Program-made: the position numbers and the translations under genes
Part shown: in pieces, positions 1 to 9,674 of the stretch
Numbering within the stretch: position 1 is the first letter of the stretch
Layout: every line of letters starts with the position of its first letter
Notes under the pieces: model-generated
Databases searched by the model: none
What the model saw: only the letters and a program-made list of their open reading frames with translations
What the model was told of the DNA's origin: nothing
From: an uncultured virus (IMG/VR IMGVR_UViG_3300007735_000789)
Taxonomy: Duplodnaviria > Heunggongvirae > Uroviricota > Caudoviricetes
DNA length: 64,000 nucleotides
Strand: one strand, 5' to 3'
IMG/VR virus record: IMGVR_UViG_3300007735_000789

Positions 1-57
1 TTTGTGGATATTGGTATTGGTGGATTTGAAATGAAAAACGCAAGAGAAGAAGACTAA
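1..57 (+). CDS. Partial CDS (3' end), hypothetical
   Basis: Open frame 1 (FVDIGIGGFEMKNAREED*) ends in a TAATG overlap with the next start. Confidence 0.5.
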   Translation, partial: FVDIGIGGFEMKNAREED

Positions 58-380
58 TGTCAGGAGGTCATTTTGGCAATGGTTACGATTATTACAGAGT
101 TCAACAGTTTGCTGATGAACTTGAAATAGAAATTCAAAACAACAATAAACCAGATGAGTATGGAGATGTTCGAGAATATGGTCCTGAAACCATCCAGTAT
201 TTGAGGAAACAACTTTGTCTGATGCGTCAAACAGCAGAGATTATGCGTGCCTGCGACTACTTATACTCTGGAGACCACGGGGAAGATAGTTTTATGGAAG
301 TTGTAAAAAAAATTGAGGATTACAGCAACTTACAAAAAGACAATGTAGAATACATCCTCCCAGCAGACCATGAAGATTAA
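57..380 (+). CDS. Hypothetical phage protein
   Basis: 107 aa ORF, overlapping both neighbours. Confidence 0.75.
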   Translation: MSGGHFGNGYDYYRVQQFADELEIEIQNNNKPDEYGDVREYGPETIQYLRKQLCLMRQTAEIMRACDYLYSGDHGEDSFMEVVKKIEDYSNLQKDNVEYILPADHED

Positions 381-1176
381 AGTAGTCAGTGATTTACACT
401 TAGAAACGTGTTGCCAAGGGCACGGAGTTCCTGACCTCGGCCAAGGTGATGTTCTCATTCTTGGCGGAGACATCCTCTGCGTCCGACACTTCAAGAAAAG
501 CGGCACTCTCCAAAAAGTCTATAATGACTTTCTAAGGAATTGCGCCGACAACTTTAATTGGGTTTTGTATATAACAGGAAACCACGAAGCGTATGGATAC
601 AACTATGAAGTAACCTGGAACGTTCTTAAAGAAAGTCTTCCAGAAGGTGTTCACTTGATGGAAAATAGTGTAATAAAAATTTCCGATTGGACGTTTCTTG
701 GTGCGACTTTATGGACTGATTTTCGTAATGAGAATGCTTTAGAGATGATGGAAGCTTCTCAATATATGAACGACTACAAAGTTATTCGTATTGGCTCCAA
801 CTATCGCAAACTAAACCCTGATGACACCTTGGGATTCCACAGGAAGTCTAAGCAGTTCCTTCTGGATACCTTACCGACACTTAAAAATCAAAAAGTTTGG
901 ATTTGTACTCACCACGCGCCATCGCACCAATCAATTCACCCAAAATATAGAAGTTCTGGCATTGCTAATGGTGCATTTGTAAGTGACCTTGATGATTTAA
1001 TTTTGTCTCATCCTCAAATTAAATACTGGTCACACGGTCACACACATGAAAGCTTTGATTACAAGATTGGCGATTGTCGAGTAGTTTGCAATCCTCGCGG
1101 ATATTATAACGGATTTAATTCAAACGACTTAAATCCAAACTTTAATGCTAATCTTGAAATTATTTTAAATAAATGA
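370..1176 (+). CDS. Calcineurin-like metallophosphoesterase
   Basis: Motifs SDLH, GGDI, GNHE, THH, HGHTH. Confidence 0.92.
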   Translation: MKIKVVSDLHLETCCQGHGVPDLGQGDVLILGGDILCVRHFKKSGTLQKVYNDFLRNCADNFNWVLYITGNHEAYGYNYEVTWNVLKESLPEGVHLMENSVIKISDWTFLGATLWTDFRNENALEMMEASQYMNDYKVIRIGSNYRKLNPDDTLGFHRKSKQFLLDTLPTLKNQKVWICTHHAPSHQSIHPKYRSSGIANGAFVSDLDDLILSHPQIKYWSHGHTHESFDYKIGDCRVVCNPRGYYNGFNSNDLNPNFNANLEIILNK

Positions 1177-1264
1177 AAGATCAAAACATGTTATCATGTA
1201 TCAACCACGTCGTCAAATACATCGTCTTCTCCTGTCCAAGACACAGCAAAATTAATTAAAAAGT

Positions 1265-1483
1265 TCACACCGTTAAGTCACGGGTGTATCCAGGAAGCAA
1301 AGGAGCGTTACGCTCTTGCATACGAGGAATCAAACGTTGTTCCCCAGACATAACGGGTTCTTTAAATACACTTTTACCTCCTTTTATAGAAGTATCTTTA
1401 AACATATCTTTACCTAAACCAGCAAGTAACTCAGGGTTTTCCAACAAGTATGCAGTTAAAAAGTCAAAACCAGCGTCGTTCAC
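1265..1483 (-). CDS. Small orphan protein (GTG start)
   Basis: 72 aa ORF with TATAAT about 20 nt upstream; N-terminal DFLTAYL motif. Confidence 0.55.
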   Translation of the reverse strand: MNDAGFDFLTAYLLENPELLAGLGKDMFKDTSIKGGKSVFKEPVMSGEQRLIPRMQERNAPLLPGYTRDLTV

Positions 1484-1614
1484 GTAACTAAAACAACTTC
1501 AACAATTATAACACTAATATAAAAAATTTGTTTTCTTAACAAATCTTAAGTACTGAAAATCTAAAATTATTCTAAAGACATTCTTGCGGTCCCTACAATT
1601 CCTATACACTGCTC

Positions 1615-2433
1615 ATGTCAATGGACTTTTTAATGGACTTCCACTTCAACTACGGGGGAATGACCCTCGACAAACCCGAAGCAGCAGCATTGCTTCAAGC
1701 TTCTTCATCTGACACGCAGCTTTTTGAAATAGACCTAAGTAAGCTCATTGATGTCCAATTAGCGGACAGCGACAAGCTGTTCAAACTCAGCGTTGATCAG
1801 CAGAACCCTGCCCTGGCATCGCTGGCGTTCAAGCTGGCTACAGCGAATACCCCCACGATGTCCAAGGCCACTCACAAGGTGGTTATTACAGACAAGGCAC
1901 CAGTACCAAGCTCCACCAGTCAAATGCTTGGTATGGAGCCCCTTGAGATCATTGCAGACTTAAACAAGTCCGCGTGTTACCGCAGCGTGGGCACAGCCGT
2001 GCTGTTGCACTATGCAAACACTTCTGATCCCCGAGCAATGCGGGACATTGCCAGTGAGTTTGTCAACGACTGTCTAACAACTCACAAGATAAAGAAGACC
2101 TCGATCGCCTTCCGTGGTTTTACTCAAGGATCCGGCGGAAAGCTGGAGCCCGTCGATAACACACCCAAGATCCCACGCCGGGATACATACCCTGTCAGCC
2201 CGATTTATATCTCCCTCCGCGAGGGTCTGATCTACTGCGAGCGCCACGGGTTGCTGTCCATCCGTCAAAACTACTCGGTCGGATCCATCCGCGCCGACGC
2301 TGGCCCGATTGCGGAAAAGCTAAAACGGATGTACTACACATTTAAGCTGACCGACAAGGGCAACGAAGTTAAAGAGTACTGGGGTGATATGGAATCCTTC
2401 ATTGTTAAGTTCTTTAAATCCCGTCACGTTTGA
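1615..2433 (+). CDS. Hypothetical protein with possible C-terminal winged-helix
   Basis: 272 aa; C-terminal YYTFKLTDKG resembles a wHTH wing; GC richer than the preceding region. Confidence 0.7.
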   Translation: MSMDFLMDFHFNYGGMTLDKPEAAALLQASSSDTQLFEIDLSKLIDVQLADSDKLFKLSVDQQNPALASLAFKLATANTPTMSKATHKVVITDKAPVPSSTSQMLGMEPLEIIADLNKSACYRSVGTAVLLHYANTSDPRAMRDIASEFVNDCLTTHKIKKTSIAFRGFTQGSGGKLEPVDNTPKIPRRDTYPVSPIYISLREGLIYCERHGLLSIRQNYSVGSIRADAGPIAEKLKRMYYTFKLTDKGNEVKEYWGDMESFIVKFFKSRHV

Positions 2434-2732
2434 TCATGACTTCAATCTTTGAACAAAGCAAGCTGACACCGGCTGCTGAAGAATGCGTTTCAGGCATAGC
2501 TGAAATGCTGCAAGAGGGATTTAAAGAAGGTCTGACAGCACACGAATTGCACTCGTGTATGCGGTTAGCCGTATTGAGGGAAGTGAACAAACATATAGAC
2601 GAGGCAACTAATTACAGTATGTTGCTACGGAAAATAGATGAGCCTAATCTGAACCGCCTTGTGGAGGAAGAAGACGAGGAGCAAGAAGAGGTGGAGGAAG
2701 AGGAAGAACCCGACCCGAACGACGTATATTGA
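2430..2732 (+). CDS. Hypothetical protein with acidic C-terminal tail
   Basis: 100 aa with poly-E/D tail; the start may be the ATG at 2436. Confidence 0.7.
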   Translation: MIMTSIFEQSKLTPAAEECVSGIAEMLQEGFKEGLTAHELHSCMRLAVLREVNKHIDEATNYSMLLRKIDEPNLNRLVEEEDEEQEEVEEEEEPDPNDVY

Positions 2733-2745
2733 CCTTATAGTAAGT

Positions 2746-2777
2746 GGCGTCCTCGCCCTTCGGGCTGCGGGGGCGCC
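2746..2777 (+). terminator. GC-rich hairpin with a cUUCGg loop upstream of polA (terminator or regulatory)
   Basis: GGCGTCCTCGC-CC-TTCG-GG-CT-GCGGGGGCGCC; the stem closes with two G.U pairs on the + strand; weak U tail. Confidence 0.55.
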
Positions 2778-2802
2778 TTCACTATGTATAACCAAACTTC
2801 TA

Positions 2803-4698
2803 ATGAACATCAAGTACATAACGACACCATCTGATTACACCGATTCCATTCAACTTCTAACCGGATACACAAAGCTCTGTCTTGACTTTGAGACCACGGG
2901 GCTCCAGGCCAGCATTGCCAAACCTCGACTGCTGCAGCTATGTGACTCAGATCCTGCTGTCGAGGACCGCACCGTTTACGTATTCGACTTATTTAAAGTA
3001 CCCGTTGACTCATCCCTGAAAGACTTGATCGAGTCACGGGAGATGATAATCGGACAAAATTTAAACTTCGATTTACAGTTCTTATTTTCTTTAGGCATTG
3101 ACTTTAAGGGTAAGATCTTCGACACATATGTAGCCGAGCGGATACTACGTGCTGGTTTTAAGGAGAAGCGCATAAGCCCTGTGGCACAGAAGCCTTACTT
3201 TGCTGACGTATCTTGCAGCTTGAAATCAATAGCCTTACGTCGTCTTGAAGTAGAACTCGATAAAGAACAGCGTCGAACAGATTGGTCCCAACCAGATCTG
3301 ACGTTGGAGCAAATCGAATACGCTGCTACGGACGTTGACATTCTCCCACGGATTGCCGCAGACCAGCTAGAAGAACTCCGCGAAGAAGCTCTGACTCCTA
3401 TATACAGTATTGAATCTAGGTGTATCCGTCCGGTTGCTTTGATGTGCTACACCGGATTTGGTGTTGATGTTACAAAACTAAAAGGATTGCGGGTAACCCT
3501 AGAGGAAGATCTCCGTCTAAAAACGGAACAGTTTATTACAGAGTTGGATTCAAGGCTGCCTGACGAAAATAAACTTCCTAGGAATGCTGAAGGTCTGATT
3601 GCGATCGGAAAAAAACCGAAGAAAGAGTTTAACCCAGGGAGTCCAGTTCAGGTAATTGCAGCTTTTACAGCTTGCGGAATTTCACTGCCTGAGGATTTGA
3701 CTTCAGGTAAGCCCACGCTCAGTCAAATCGCTTTGTCTGAGTTTGACAGCGATGATCCGACGATGGCGTTGTATAGGGAAAGGGCAAAAATAGAAACAAG
3801 GCTAGAGCACATAAGTAAGCTTATTAATAACATTAATCCTGTAACTCACAGGATTCATTCTGGATATAACCAGGTAGGCGCCAACTCTGGACGCTTTACT
3901 AGCAGCGGTGCTCCTAAGACAAAGGTAAAAGAGGTAAAGTCAGTATTCTCCGTAAACATTCAACAGGTTCCTCGATCGAAAAACTTCAGAGAATGTTTTG
4001 TTGCAGCTCCGGGTTTCAAGCTTGTTATCTGTGACTGGGCTCAGATTGAGTTGAGACTTGGAGCAGAACTGATTAATATTCCTCAAATGAGGCAGGCATT
4101 CATAGACGACATAGATTTACACACATTGACAGCTAGTTTAATATATAAGATAGCGATTACAGAAGTTACTAAAGAGCAACGACAAGAAGGAAAGACTCTG
4201 AACTTTGCCTTGTTATATGGGATGGGTTATCGCAAATACAAGACATATGCCGCACAGAGTGGTAAGATGTTAACTTTATCCGAAGCCAAAGTAGCTCACG
4301 CAGCATTTCATTTGGCCTACCCACGGCTGAGAGCTTGGCATCACGAACGGGCAGCTTTAGTGCAAGATGGATGGGCTTATGTCCGGACGGCTTGCGGAAG
4401 GCGCCGTCTGCTGAGTTATGACGACGCGACGATGATGTGTGCTGCAAACACGTTGGTTCAGGGGAGTGGAGCTGACATACTTAAGATTGCAGTAGCAGAG
4501 CTAGGTACTCATTTAAATGACAACGTTAAGCTAGTGGCTTGTGTTCATGATGAACTAGTACTAGAAGTAAGAGAAGATCTAGCAGAAGAGTATAAAGGTA
4601 TCTTGGAGAGAACTATGGTTGAAGCAGCAGAAAAAATACTATCATCGGTACCAGCATCCGCCGACGCATCAACCGGAGATTCATGGGCAGCCAAATAG
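2803..4698 (+). CDS. polA: DNA polymerase family A with 3'-5' exonuclease domain
   Basis: ExoI LDFETTG, ExoII NLNFD, ExoIII YAATD; motif A DWAQIELR, motif B RQEGKTLNFALLYG, motif C VHDE. ATG 2803 preferred over the track's 2659 start. Confidence 0.97.
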   Translation: MNIKYITTPSDYTDSIQLLTGYTKLCLDFETTGLQASIAKPRLLQLCDSDPAVEDRTVYVFDLFKVPVDSSLKDLIESREMIIGQNLNFDLQFLFSLGIDFKGKIFDTYVAERILRAGFKEKRISPVAQKPYFADVSCSLKSIALRRLEVELDKEQRRTDWSQPDLTLEQIEYAATDVDILPRIAADQLEELREEALTPIYSIESRCIRPVALMCYTGFGVDVTKLKGLRVTLEEDLRLKTEQFITELDSRLPDENKLPRNAEGLIAIGKKPKKEFNPGSPVQVIAAFTACGISLPEDLTSGKPTLSQIALSEFDSDDPTMALYRERAKIETRLEHISKLINNINPVTHRIHSGYNQVGANSGRFTSSGAPKTKVKEVKSVFSVNIQQVPRSKNFRECFVAAPGFKLVICDWAQIELRLGAELINIPQMRQAFIDDIDLHTLTASLIYKIAITEVTKEQRQEGKTLNFALLYGMGYRKYKTYAAQSGKMLTLSEAKVAHAAFHLAYPRLRAWHHERAALVQDGWAYVRTACGRRRLLSYDDATMMCAANTLVQGSGADILKIAVAELGTHLNDNVKLVACVHDELVLEVREDLAEEYKGILERTMVEAAEKILSSVPASADASTGDSWAAK

Positions 4699-5201
4699 CC
4701 GAACTTATTAAAATTCCTGATAAAACTAAAAAAGATGTATTTGCTATCCGAACACAACTGGGTTACCACGGCGGATTTCGTATCGATGCGGAAGTTTACC
4801 TGACCGAAGAGATGTTTGACTCTGCCTTACGCGCAGCAAACAAAGCGAGATCTCTCAAAAAAACATTTGTTAAGTCTGTAAATATTAAGAAAAATGAAAC
4901 CTCCAAAAAAATGACTAAACTTGCTACGACCCCTCGTTTATACACAGAGGCCGAGATGGCTTCCCACTCCAAATTGAAGTTCAAGGAGACGTGGACCATC
5001 ATGTCTAAGGATGGACTGTACGTCCACAGCTACTTACAAAATAATAAAGTGGCGGAGTACTCTTCCAACAGAGCCAAAGCAGAGATATTTAAAACATACG
5101 AAGAAGCTTTGTTCAGGTTAAGGACACTGGACATGATCAGCCCTAAACGTCACGTTTTAAAACGGTTTATGGTCGAAAACATTGATCCGTCTAGTTGCTA
5201 A
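4683..5201 (+). CDS. Hypothetical basic protein
   Basis: 172 aa ORF overlapping the polA stop. Confidence 0.7.
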   Translation: MGSQIAELIKIPDKTKKDVFAIRTQLGYHGGFRIDAEVYLTEEMFDSALRAANKARSLKKTFVKSVNIKKNETSKKMTKLATTPRLYTEAEMASHSKLKFKETWTIMSKDGLYVHSYLQNNKVAEYSSNRAKAEIFKTYEEALFRLRTLDMISPKRHVLKRFMVENIDPSSC

Positions 5202-5226
5202 GATAGAGCAGATCTTATTTGCGGTT

Positions 5227-5403
5227 ATGCGGTTCGCTGGAGATACTTTTAGCCGTTCTGAATCTCCTAACAGAGGTGAAGAGGATACGCTACTAACTTC
5301 ATATTTTCCAGATTTGCGTAACATATACAGACCTAAATTTAAAACGAAAGATAAGATTTCTCCCACCACAGGGGGAAGCTCAACTCCGCCCACTGTTGCT
5401 TAA
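5227..5403 (+). CDS. Small orphan protein beginning M-RFAG
   Basis: ATG 5227 lies 22 nt after gcTAAGAT; 58 aa. Confidence 0.6.
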   Translation: MRFAGDTFSRSESPNRGEEDTLLTSYFPDLRNIYRPKFKTKDKISPTTGGSSTPPTVA

Positions 5404-5427
5404 GTCCTTTAAACCAAGTACAAGTTA

Positions 5428-7272
5428 ATGGCTTTTCAGTTAGCTGGACAAACATTAAAAGGTCCTTTTAGCGCCGGGAACACATTGTTTCCTGATAATT
5501 GGCTTGCGAAATCTACACCAGAAGAACGACAAAATATAGGTATAACCGAGACTCCCGATACTCCTGCTGCCAACGATACACAGGAACCTATTCAACTAGC
5601 GGGTGGCAAAGGACCGACATCAAGCACAAATAATACAGACATTTCGTCGGAACCTAGTAAACCAGAATCTGGTCCAGGTAGTGACGCAGAATGGGCTACT
5701 TTTCTGACAGCTGTAGGAGCAAGTTTTGATGGTAGTGATCCTAAAAAAATCGCTGGTAACCGCTTCAGCGTTTCTACTACAGGATTAAGTTATAACAAAC
5801 CATCACATGGCTCAGCCTTAAGTTATGGATTGAATCGAGTAGAAACACCTGATGCAACTACTTCACCCCCGACAGCTTCGACAGCTTCGGGTGCTTCGAC
5901 AGCTTCGGGTGCTTCGACAGCTTCGGGTGCTTCGACAACTTCGGGTGCTTCAAATAAACCTGCTGCTGCCACGCCGCCAACTGGAGCTACTAGTTCAGTA
6001 ACCTACAATCCTCCCGCAACTTATAGTCAAAAAGATAATAATATAGACTTTGGTTCTTCGAAACCGGACTATAACCCTACTGTAGCCATATTGCCACCGT
6101 TTAAAGATGTAGTAGGTACAGTTCCGAAGCAAAACACGACTCCAGAACAAAAACCAGCTAGCACTCCAGAACAAAAGCCAGCTAACACTCCAGAGCTTTT
6201 GGCCATGTCTAGGTTTGTAAACCCTTCTACGGGGCAACACTTGTACACCAGTAATATTGACGAAGGAAATTCAGCAGGACTTTCGTCGGAAGGTCAAGCG
6301 TTCCAGTTATTTAAAGATGCAGGTCAGATGTCTGGAACTTCAGATGTTTACAGATTGGTTAACTCCGCAACAGGTGATCATCTCTACACTGCTTCAGCCA
6401 ATGAGAAAGATGTAGCGGTAGGTGCGGGGTATACCCTAGAAGGAAAGGTTGGCGCAGCATACACAACACCCATTGAAAATTCAACAGCTGTAGAAAGATA
6501 TCTTCAAGCTGCCACGGGGCAACATTTCTATACAAGTAACCCAGAAGAAGCTAAAAATATTGGCGCACTTGGGTTCCAAAAAGAGGGTACAGCATTCTAC
6601 GCCCCTACAAAGAAATCTCTTCTTTCCACAGCATACGGAAACTCGTCAGATATATTTGGAACAGTTGATTACGAAGTAGCACGTAAAGCAGGTAATACAG
6701 ACGACGAAATAAAAGCTTATATAGAAGCGAATACTTTTAAATTAGGAGACGACATAGGAGCAAAGTTTAATTTACAGACTAGGAATTATAATTATGTTGC
6801 TCCTGCTCCTGCTGTGGCAAAGCAACGAGACCCCCTTTCAACAAAATATGGGAGTTCTACAGACATATTCGGTCAAATTGATTATGACGAAAATGTAAAA
6901 CTAGGTTACTCAGACAGCGAGATAGAGAATTATATAAAAACAAACAATATAAAGCTTGGTCCAGAAATTGCGCAAAAATATCAATTACCTACTCAAGCAT
7001 ACAATTATACTCCCCCTACATATACTCCTCCAAATACATCGGGGAAAAAAATGAGCGACTCTAGTAGATTTGGTACTCCTCGTCCTCCTATGAGTACAGA
7101 GTACGGTAATGACCCAACAATTTTTGGAACTAAAGACTATGAAGACGCGGTAAGTAAAAACTACACGGACGATGAAATTAAACAATGGGTTCAGGAAGAA
7201 AATATTCCTTTAGGGGACGATATAGCACAAAAATTTAGGTTAGCGGGACAATTATATAGTCTTTACAAATAA
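5428..7272 (+). CDS. Mosaic repeat protein: N-terminal domain shared with ORF 21237-21842, S/T/P linker, three DUF5648-like repeats and three novel C-terminal repeats
   Basis: Repeats RFVNPSTGQHLYT / RLVNSATGDHLYT / RYLQAATGQHFYT; three YGxxxxIFGxxDY...DxEI...LG repeats. Confidence 0.75.
   Translation: MAFQLAGQTLKGPFSAGNTLFPDNWLAKSTPEERQNIGITETPDTPAANDTQEPIQLAGGKGPTSSTNNTDISSEPSKPESGPGSDAEWATFLTAVGASFDGSDPKKIAGNRFSVSTTGLSYNKPSHGSALSYGLNRVETPDATTSPPTASTASGASTASGASTASGASTTSGASNKPAAATPPTGATSSVTYNPPATYSQKDNNIDFGSSKPDYNPTVAILPPFKDVVGTVPKQNTTPEQKPASTPEQKPANTPELLAMSRFVNPSTGQHLYTSNIDEGNSAGLSSEGQAFQLFKDAGQMSGTSDVYRLVNSATGDHLYTASANEKDVAVGAGYTLEGKVGAAYTTPIENSTAVERYLQAATGQHFYTSNPEEAKNIGALGFQKEGTAFYAPTKKSLLSTAYGNSSDIFGTVDYEVARKAGNTDDEIKAYIEANTFKLGDDIGAKFNLQTRNYNYVAPAPAVAKQRDPLSTKYGSSTDIFGQIDYDENVKLGYSDSEIENYIKTNNIKLGPEIAQKYQLPTQAYNYTPPTYTPPNTSGKKMSDSSRFGTPRPPMSTEYGNDPTIFGTKDYEDAVSKNYTDDEIKQWVQEENIPLGDDIAQKFRLAGQLYSLYK
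5872..5952 (+). repeat. 18-nt tandem repeat ACAGCTTCGGGTGCTTCG x4.5 (encodes TASGAS)
   Basis: Units start at 5881, 5899, 5917 and 5935, plus a half unit at 5872. Confidence 0.95.
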
Positions 7273-7276
7273 AAAA

Positions 7277-7858
7277 ATGGAAAGTAAATTCTATAAGTTA
7301 AGTATTTTAAAGAACAATAAATTCTGTAGTTTACAAATTCAAGCAAATACAACAACACACGCTTCAGCTCAAGCCGAAGATGTCTGCCGATCACTAAACG
7401 CAGATTCATACTCATTACACTATGAGTTAATTAAAGAAACACAACTATGTACTTTGTTTAAAAAATTAGCTTATAACTTATTTGACTTTAAAACATGCGA
7501 TCCTTGGCTAGGTTATTTTAGTAATAATGTCCCCTGTTTATATGTTTTGGGTCAAAGATATTATACAAGGGTTTTAATATTAAAGTATTTAGACATCCCT
7601 CAAGAAGGAGTCGTAGCTCGTCCAAGCTGCAACTGTAAGTCCTGCGTTAACCCGTACCACTTCTCGTACAAATCCGGAAAAAACTCAAAATTAACTGGCG
7701 CGGACACCAATATGCTGTTAGCATTCCTGGGCCAAGGTTCTGGGGTGACCCAGGCTGCCAAGGCACTAAAAGTCCATCGTTCAACTATTTACCGGAAACT
7801 AAACCGTGAATGTCTTTCTACTCGGTCTGACGATCACAGATCCAGCTCAAGAAAATGA
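7277..7858 (+). CDS. Degenerate HNH/zinc-loop domain plus C-terminal HTH (putative regulator)
   Basis: RPSCNCKSCVNPYHF followed by GVTQAAKALKVHRSTIYRKL. Confidence 0.7.
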   Translation: MESKFYKLSILKNNKFCSLQIQANTTTHASAQAEDVCRSLNADSYSLHYELIKETQLCTLFKKLAYNLFDFKTCDPWLGYFSNNVPCLYVLGQRYYTRVLILKYLDIPQEGVVARPSCNCKSCVNPYHFSYKSGKNSKLTGADTNMLLAFLGQGSGVTQAAKALKVHRSTIYRKLNRECLSTRSDDHRSSSRK

Positions 7859-8450
7859 AGGCGTAATCAACGTCCTAGCTGACTCTCTCCCATCCAACGA
7901 AAAACGTGTACACACCAAAGTTCAACTGCTACAAGACAAAAACCACTACGTAGGGAAACTACTTCAGGATCTTAAAAAATCAGACACCGTGTTAGCAATT
8001 GGACCCACGCGGCCAACGCTAGACGGAGTTCTTCAGATGCAGCCGATGCTGGTTGTAACAAGAGATAACTTCGATGATCTGTTGGCAATCAACCTATTCA
8101 TTGCGACGGGTGGTCTTGGACCCAAGTCCGATGAGGTTGAACTGTCAGACACAACAGTAACCAACAGGTCTCTTGCTTGGCAGTCTGAAAATTCAGAAAC
8201 TAACTGGATAAAGCTGACAGCTTGGGCCGAGCTTTCTAAGCAACTCTCAGAGCTAGCGCCCGGAACGCCCACGATCGCCGTCGGTAAAGTTTCTACAAGC
8301 GAAAAAGACGACAAAAACTACCTAAACTACACTCTGGACAAAATCCTCTACCTTCCCAAATCTACGAAGTCCGCACCCAAGAAAGCTGCTGATCCTGAAA
8401 AAGGTAAAGTAGCCGCTGCGGCTATTGGTTCTATTGATTTCTCCCTCTGA
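7806..8450 (+). CDS. Putative single-stranded DNA-binding (OB-fold) protein
   Basis: TNWIKLTAWAELSKQLSELAPGTPTIAVGKV follows the SSB pattern; acidic-aromatic C-terminus IDFSL; replication-module context. Confidence 0.6.
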   Translation: MNVFLLGLTITDPAQENEGVINVLADSLPSNEKRVHTKVQLLQDKNHYVGKLLQDLKKSDTVLAIGPTRPTLDGVLQMQPMLVVTRDNFDDLLAINLFIATGGLGPKSDEVELSDTTVTNRSLAWQSENSETNWIKLTAWAELSKQLSELAPGTPTIAVGKVSTSEKDDKNYLNYTLDKILYLPKSTKSAPKKAADPEKGKVAAAAIGSIDFSL

Positions 8451-8465
8451 TCTAGGTATCTAACT

Positions 8466-9278
8466 ATGGTATTTATCGCTGGCAACTTTTCTGAAGACGA
8501 GATTCTCGCTAACGTTCCTCCTCACACACTTCGCATTGATCTTCAAGCTCGTCGCTGGAAGTCAGACGTAGACTCAGACTCTGCGATTGTGGATGCGAAC
8601 GACAACGGGATCCCCATTGAGTTCATCCTCATAGGCTTTACGCCCTACTTTGGCAACTTAGGGATGCGGAACCAAGAGGAGTTTCTACGCATCGCTTTTA
8701 TTGGTGTGTCCCCGAACCATCGGCTGCTCCCGCCACGCTGTGTAACCACGGCGATGATTTCTGGTAAATCCAGCCAGAAGAACTTTATCTCTTACTTCCA
8801 GACCCTGTATAACAACAGGATTAACTGTGCCTCCGTGGTAACGAGCAGCAAGTTTGTAACGAAATCTTTCAACGAAAGGGATCCTGTTACAGGTGCTGAC
8901 GGAGCCAAGATCAACTACAACGCTCTGGACTTTAAGGATCGTCCTGCAGAAAGCGCCGAAGAAAAGAAACTCGTCGAGGATATCAACGAGTGGCTTGCAG
9001 TCGAAGGTGCTTCATCCGCAGCACATTGCCTTAAATCGCACATTCCCGGCGCCAACTTGGTGGAACTGCCTTTGGGTTCAGACCACGCGGCGATCAAAGC
9101 TCAGTTTGCAGCCGAAAACCCTTCGCAAATTGGAGGATCTTCAGGGTTCCAACCTTCGCTGCCTTCCGCTAACGCAAAGGATACAGAGGAAGCTCCTACC
9201 GCCCCTCCGCAGCCCAAGCGCAAGAAAGCGATGGAGCTTACAGAGGAACAGGCAAAAGCCCTGGGGATTGACTTCTAG
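8466..9278 (+). CDS. Hypothetical replication/recombination-module protein
   Basis: 270 aa; disordered tail ending GIDF, like its neighbour. Confidence 0.75.
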   Translation: MVFIAGNFSEDEILANVPPHTLRIDLQARRWKSDVDSDSAIVDANDNGIPIEFILIGFTPYFGNLGMRNQEEFLRIAFIGVSPNHRLLPPRCVTTAMISGKSSQKNFISYFQTLYNNRINCASVVTSSKFVTKSFNERDPVTGADGAKINYNALDFKDRPAESAEEKKLVEDINEWLAVEGASSAAHCLKSHIPGANLVELPLGSDHAAIKAQFAAENPSQIGGSSGFQPSLPSANAKDTEEAPTAPPQPKRKKAMELTEEQAKALGIDF

Positions 9279-9305
9279 GCTACAATTCCCTGTTGAAGCC
9301 ATCCG

Positions 9306-9332
9306 AGCACCGTACCCACGGTGCTTTTTTTT
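9306..9332 (+). terminator. Rho-independent terminator
   Basis: AGCACCGT-accc-ACGGTGCT followed by a T run. Confidence 0.85.
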
Positions 9333-9339
9333 ATGGCAA

Positions 9340-9585
9340 TCAGGTAGACACAAGATTACGTTTGATTTCCTGAGGTGCAAGCAACGTATCGAACGAAGGC
9401 AAAGTTACACCCGTCCGTACACAGTGTTTAACTAAACAACTAAAAAGCCTATTCCGTACAAGTGACTGTTTGTGTACCATATCAAATAATTTAAGTAGAT
9501 CTTCTTTCTCTAGTTTTTTGGCGTCCATAAGGACTTGTTGATGTATAAAGTTTTGTTCCGTATCAAGCCATTCAAAACTTGACAT
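9340..9585 (-). CDS. nblA: NblA-like phycobilisome degradation adaptor (copy 1)
   Basis: LDTEQNF...LLKLFDMVHKQSLVRNRLF fits the NblA two-helix pattern (LxxEQxF...QxxxR). Confidence 0.55.
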   Translation of the reverse strand: MSSFEWLDTEQNFIHQQVLMDAKKLEKEDLLKLFDMVHKQSLVRNRLFSCLVKHCVRTGVTLPSFDTLLAPQEIKRNLVST

Positions 9586-9674
9586 GCTTTTAATGTGATC
9601 CGCCTAAATATAGCAGACACCCTGTGGACAGACAAGGTGATTTGCATTACAGTTCGGATCCCAGCATGATCTTT

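Noticed and set aside
2659..2802. N-terminal extension of polA in the ORF track
   Set aside because: It overlaps the upstream gene's acidic tail and the hairpin; the exonuclease domain begins right after ATG 2803.
4177..4230. Unusual polA residue at the E. coli 762-equivalent position
   Set aside because: Motif B reads KTLNF, the ordinary Phe type.
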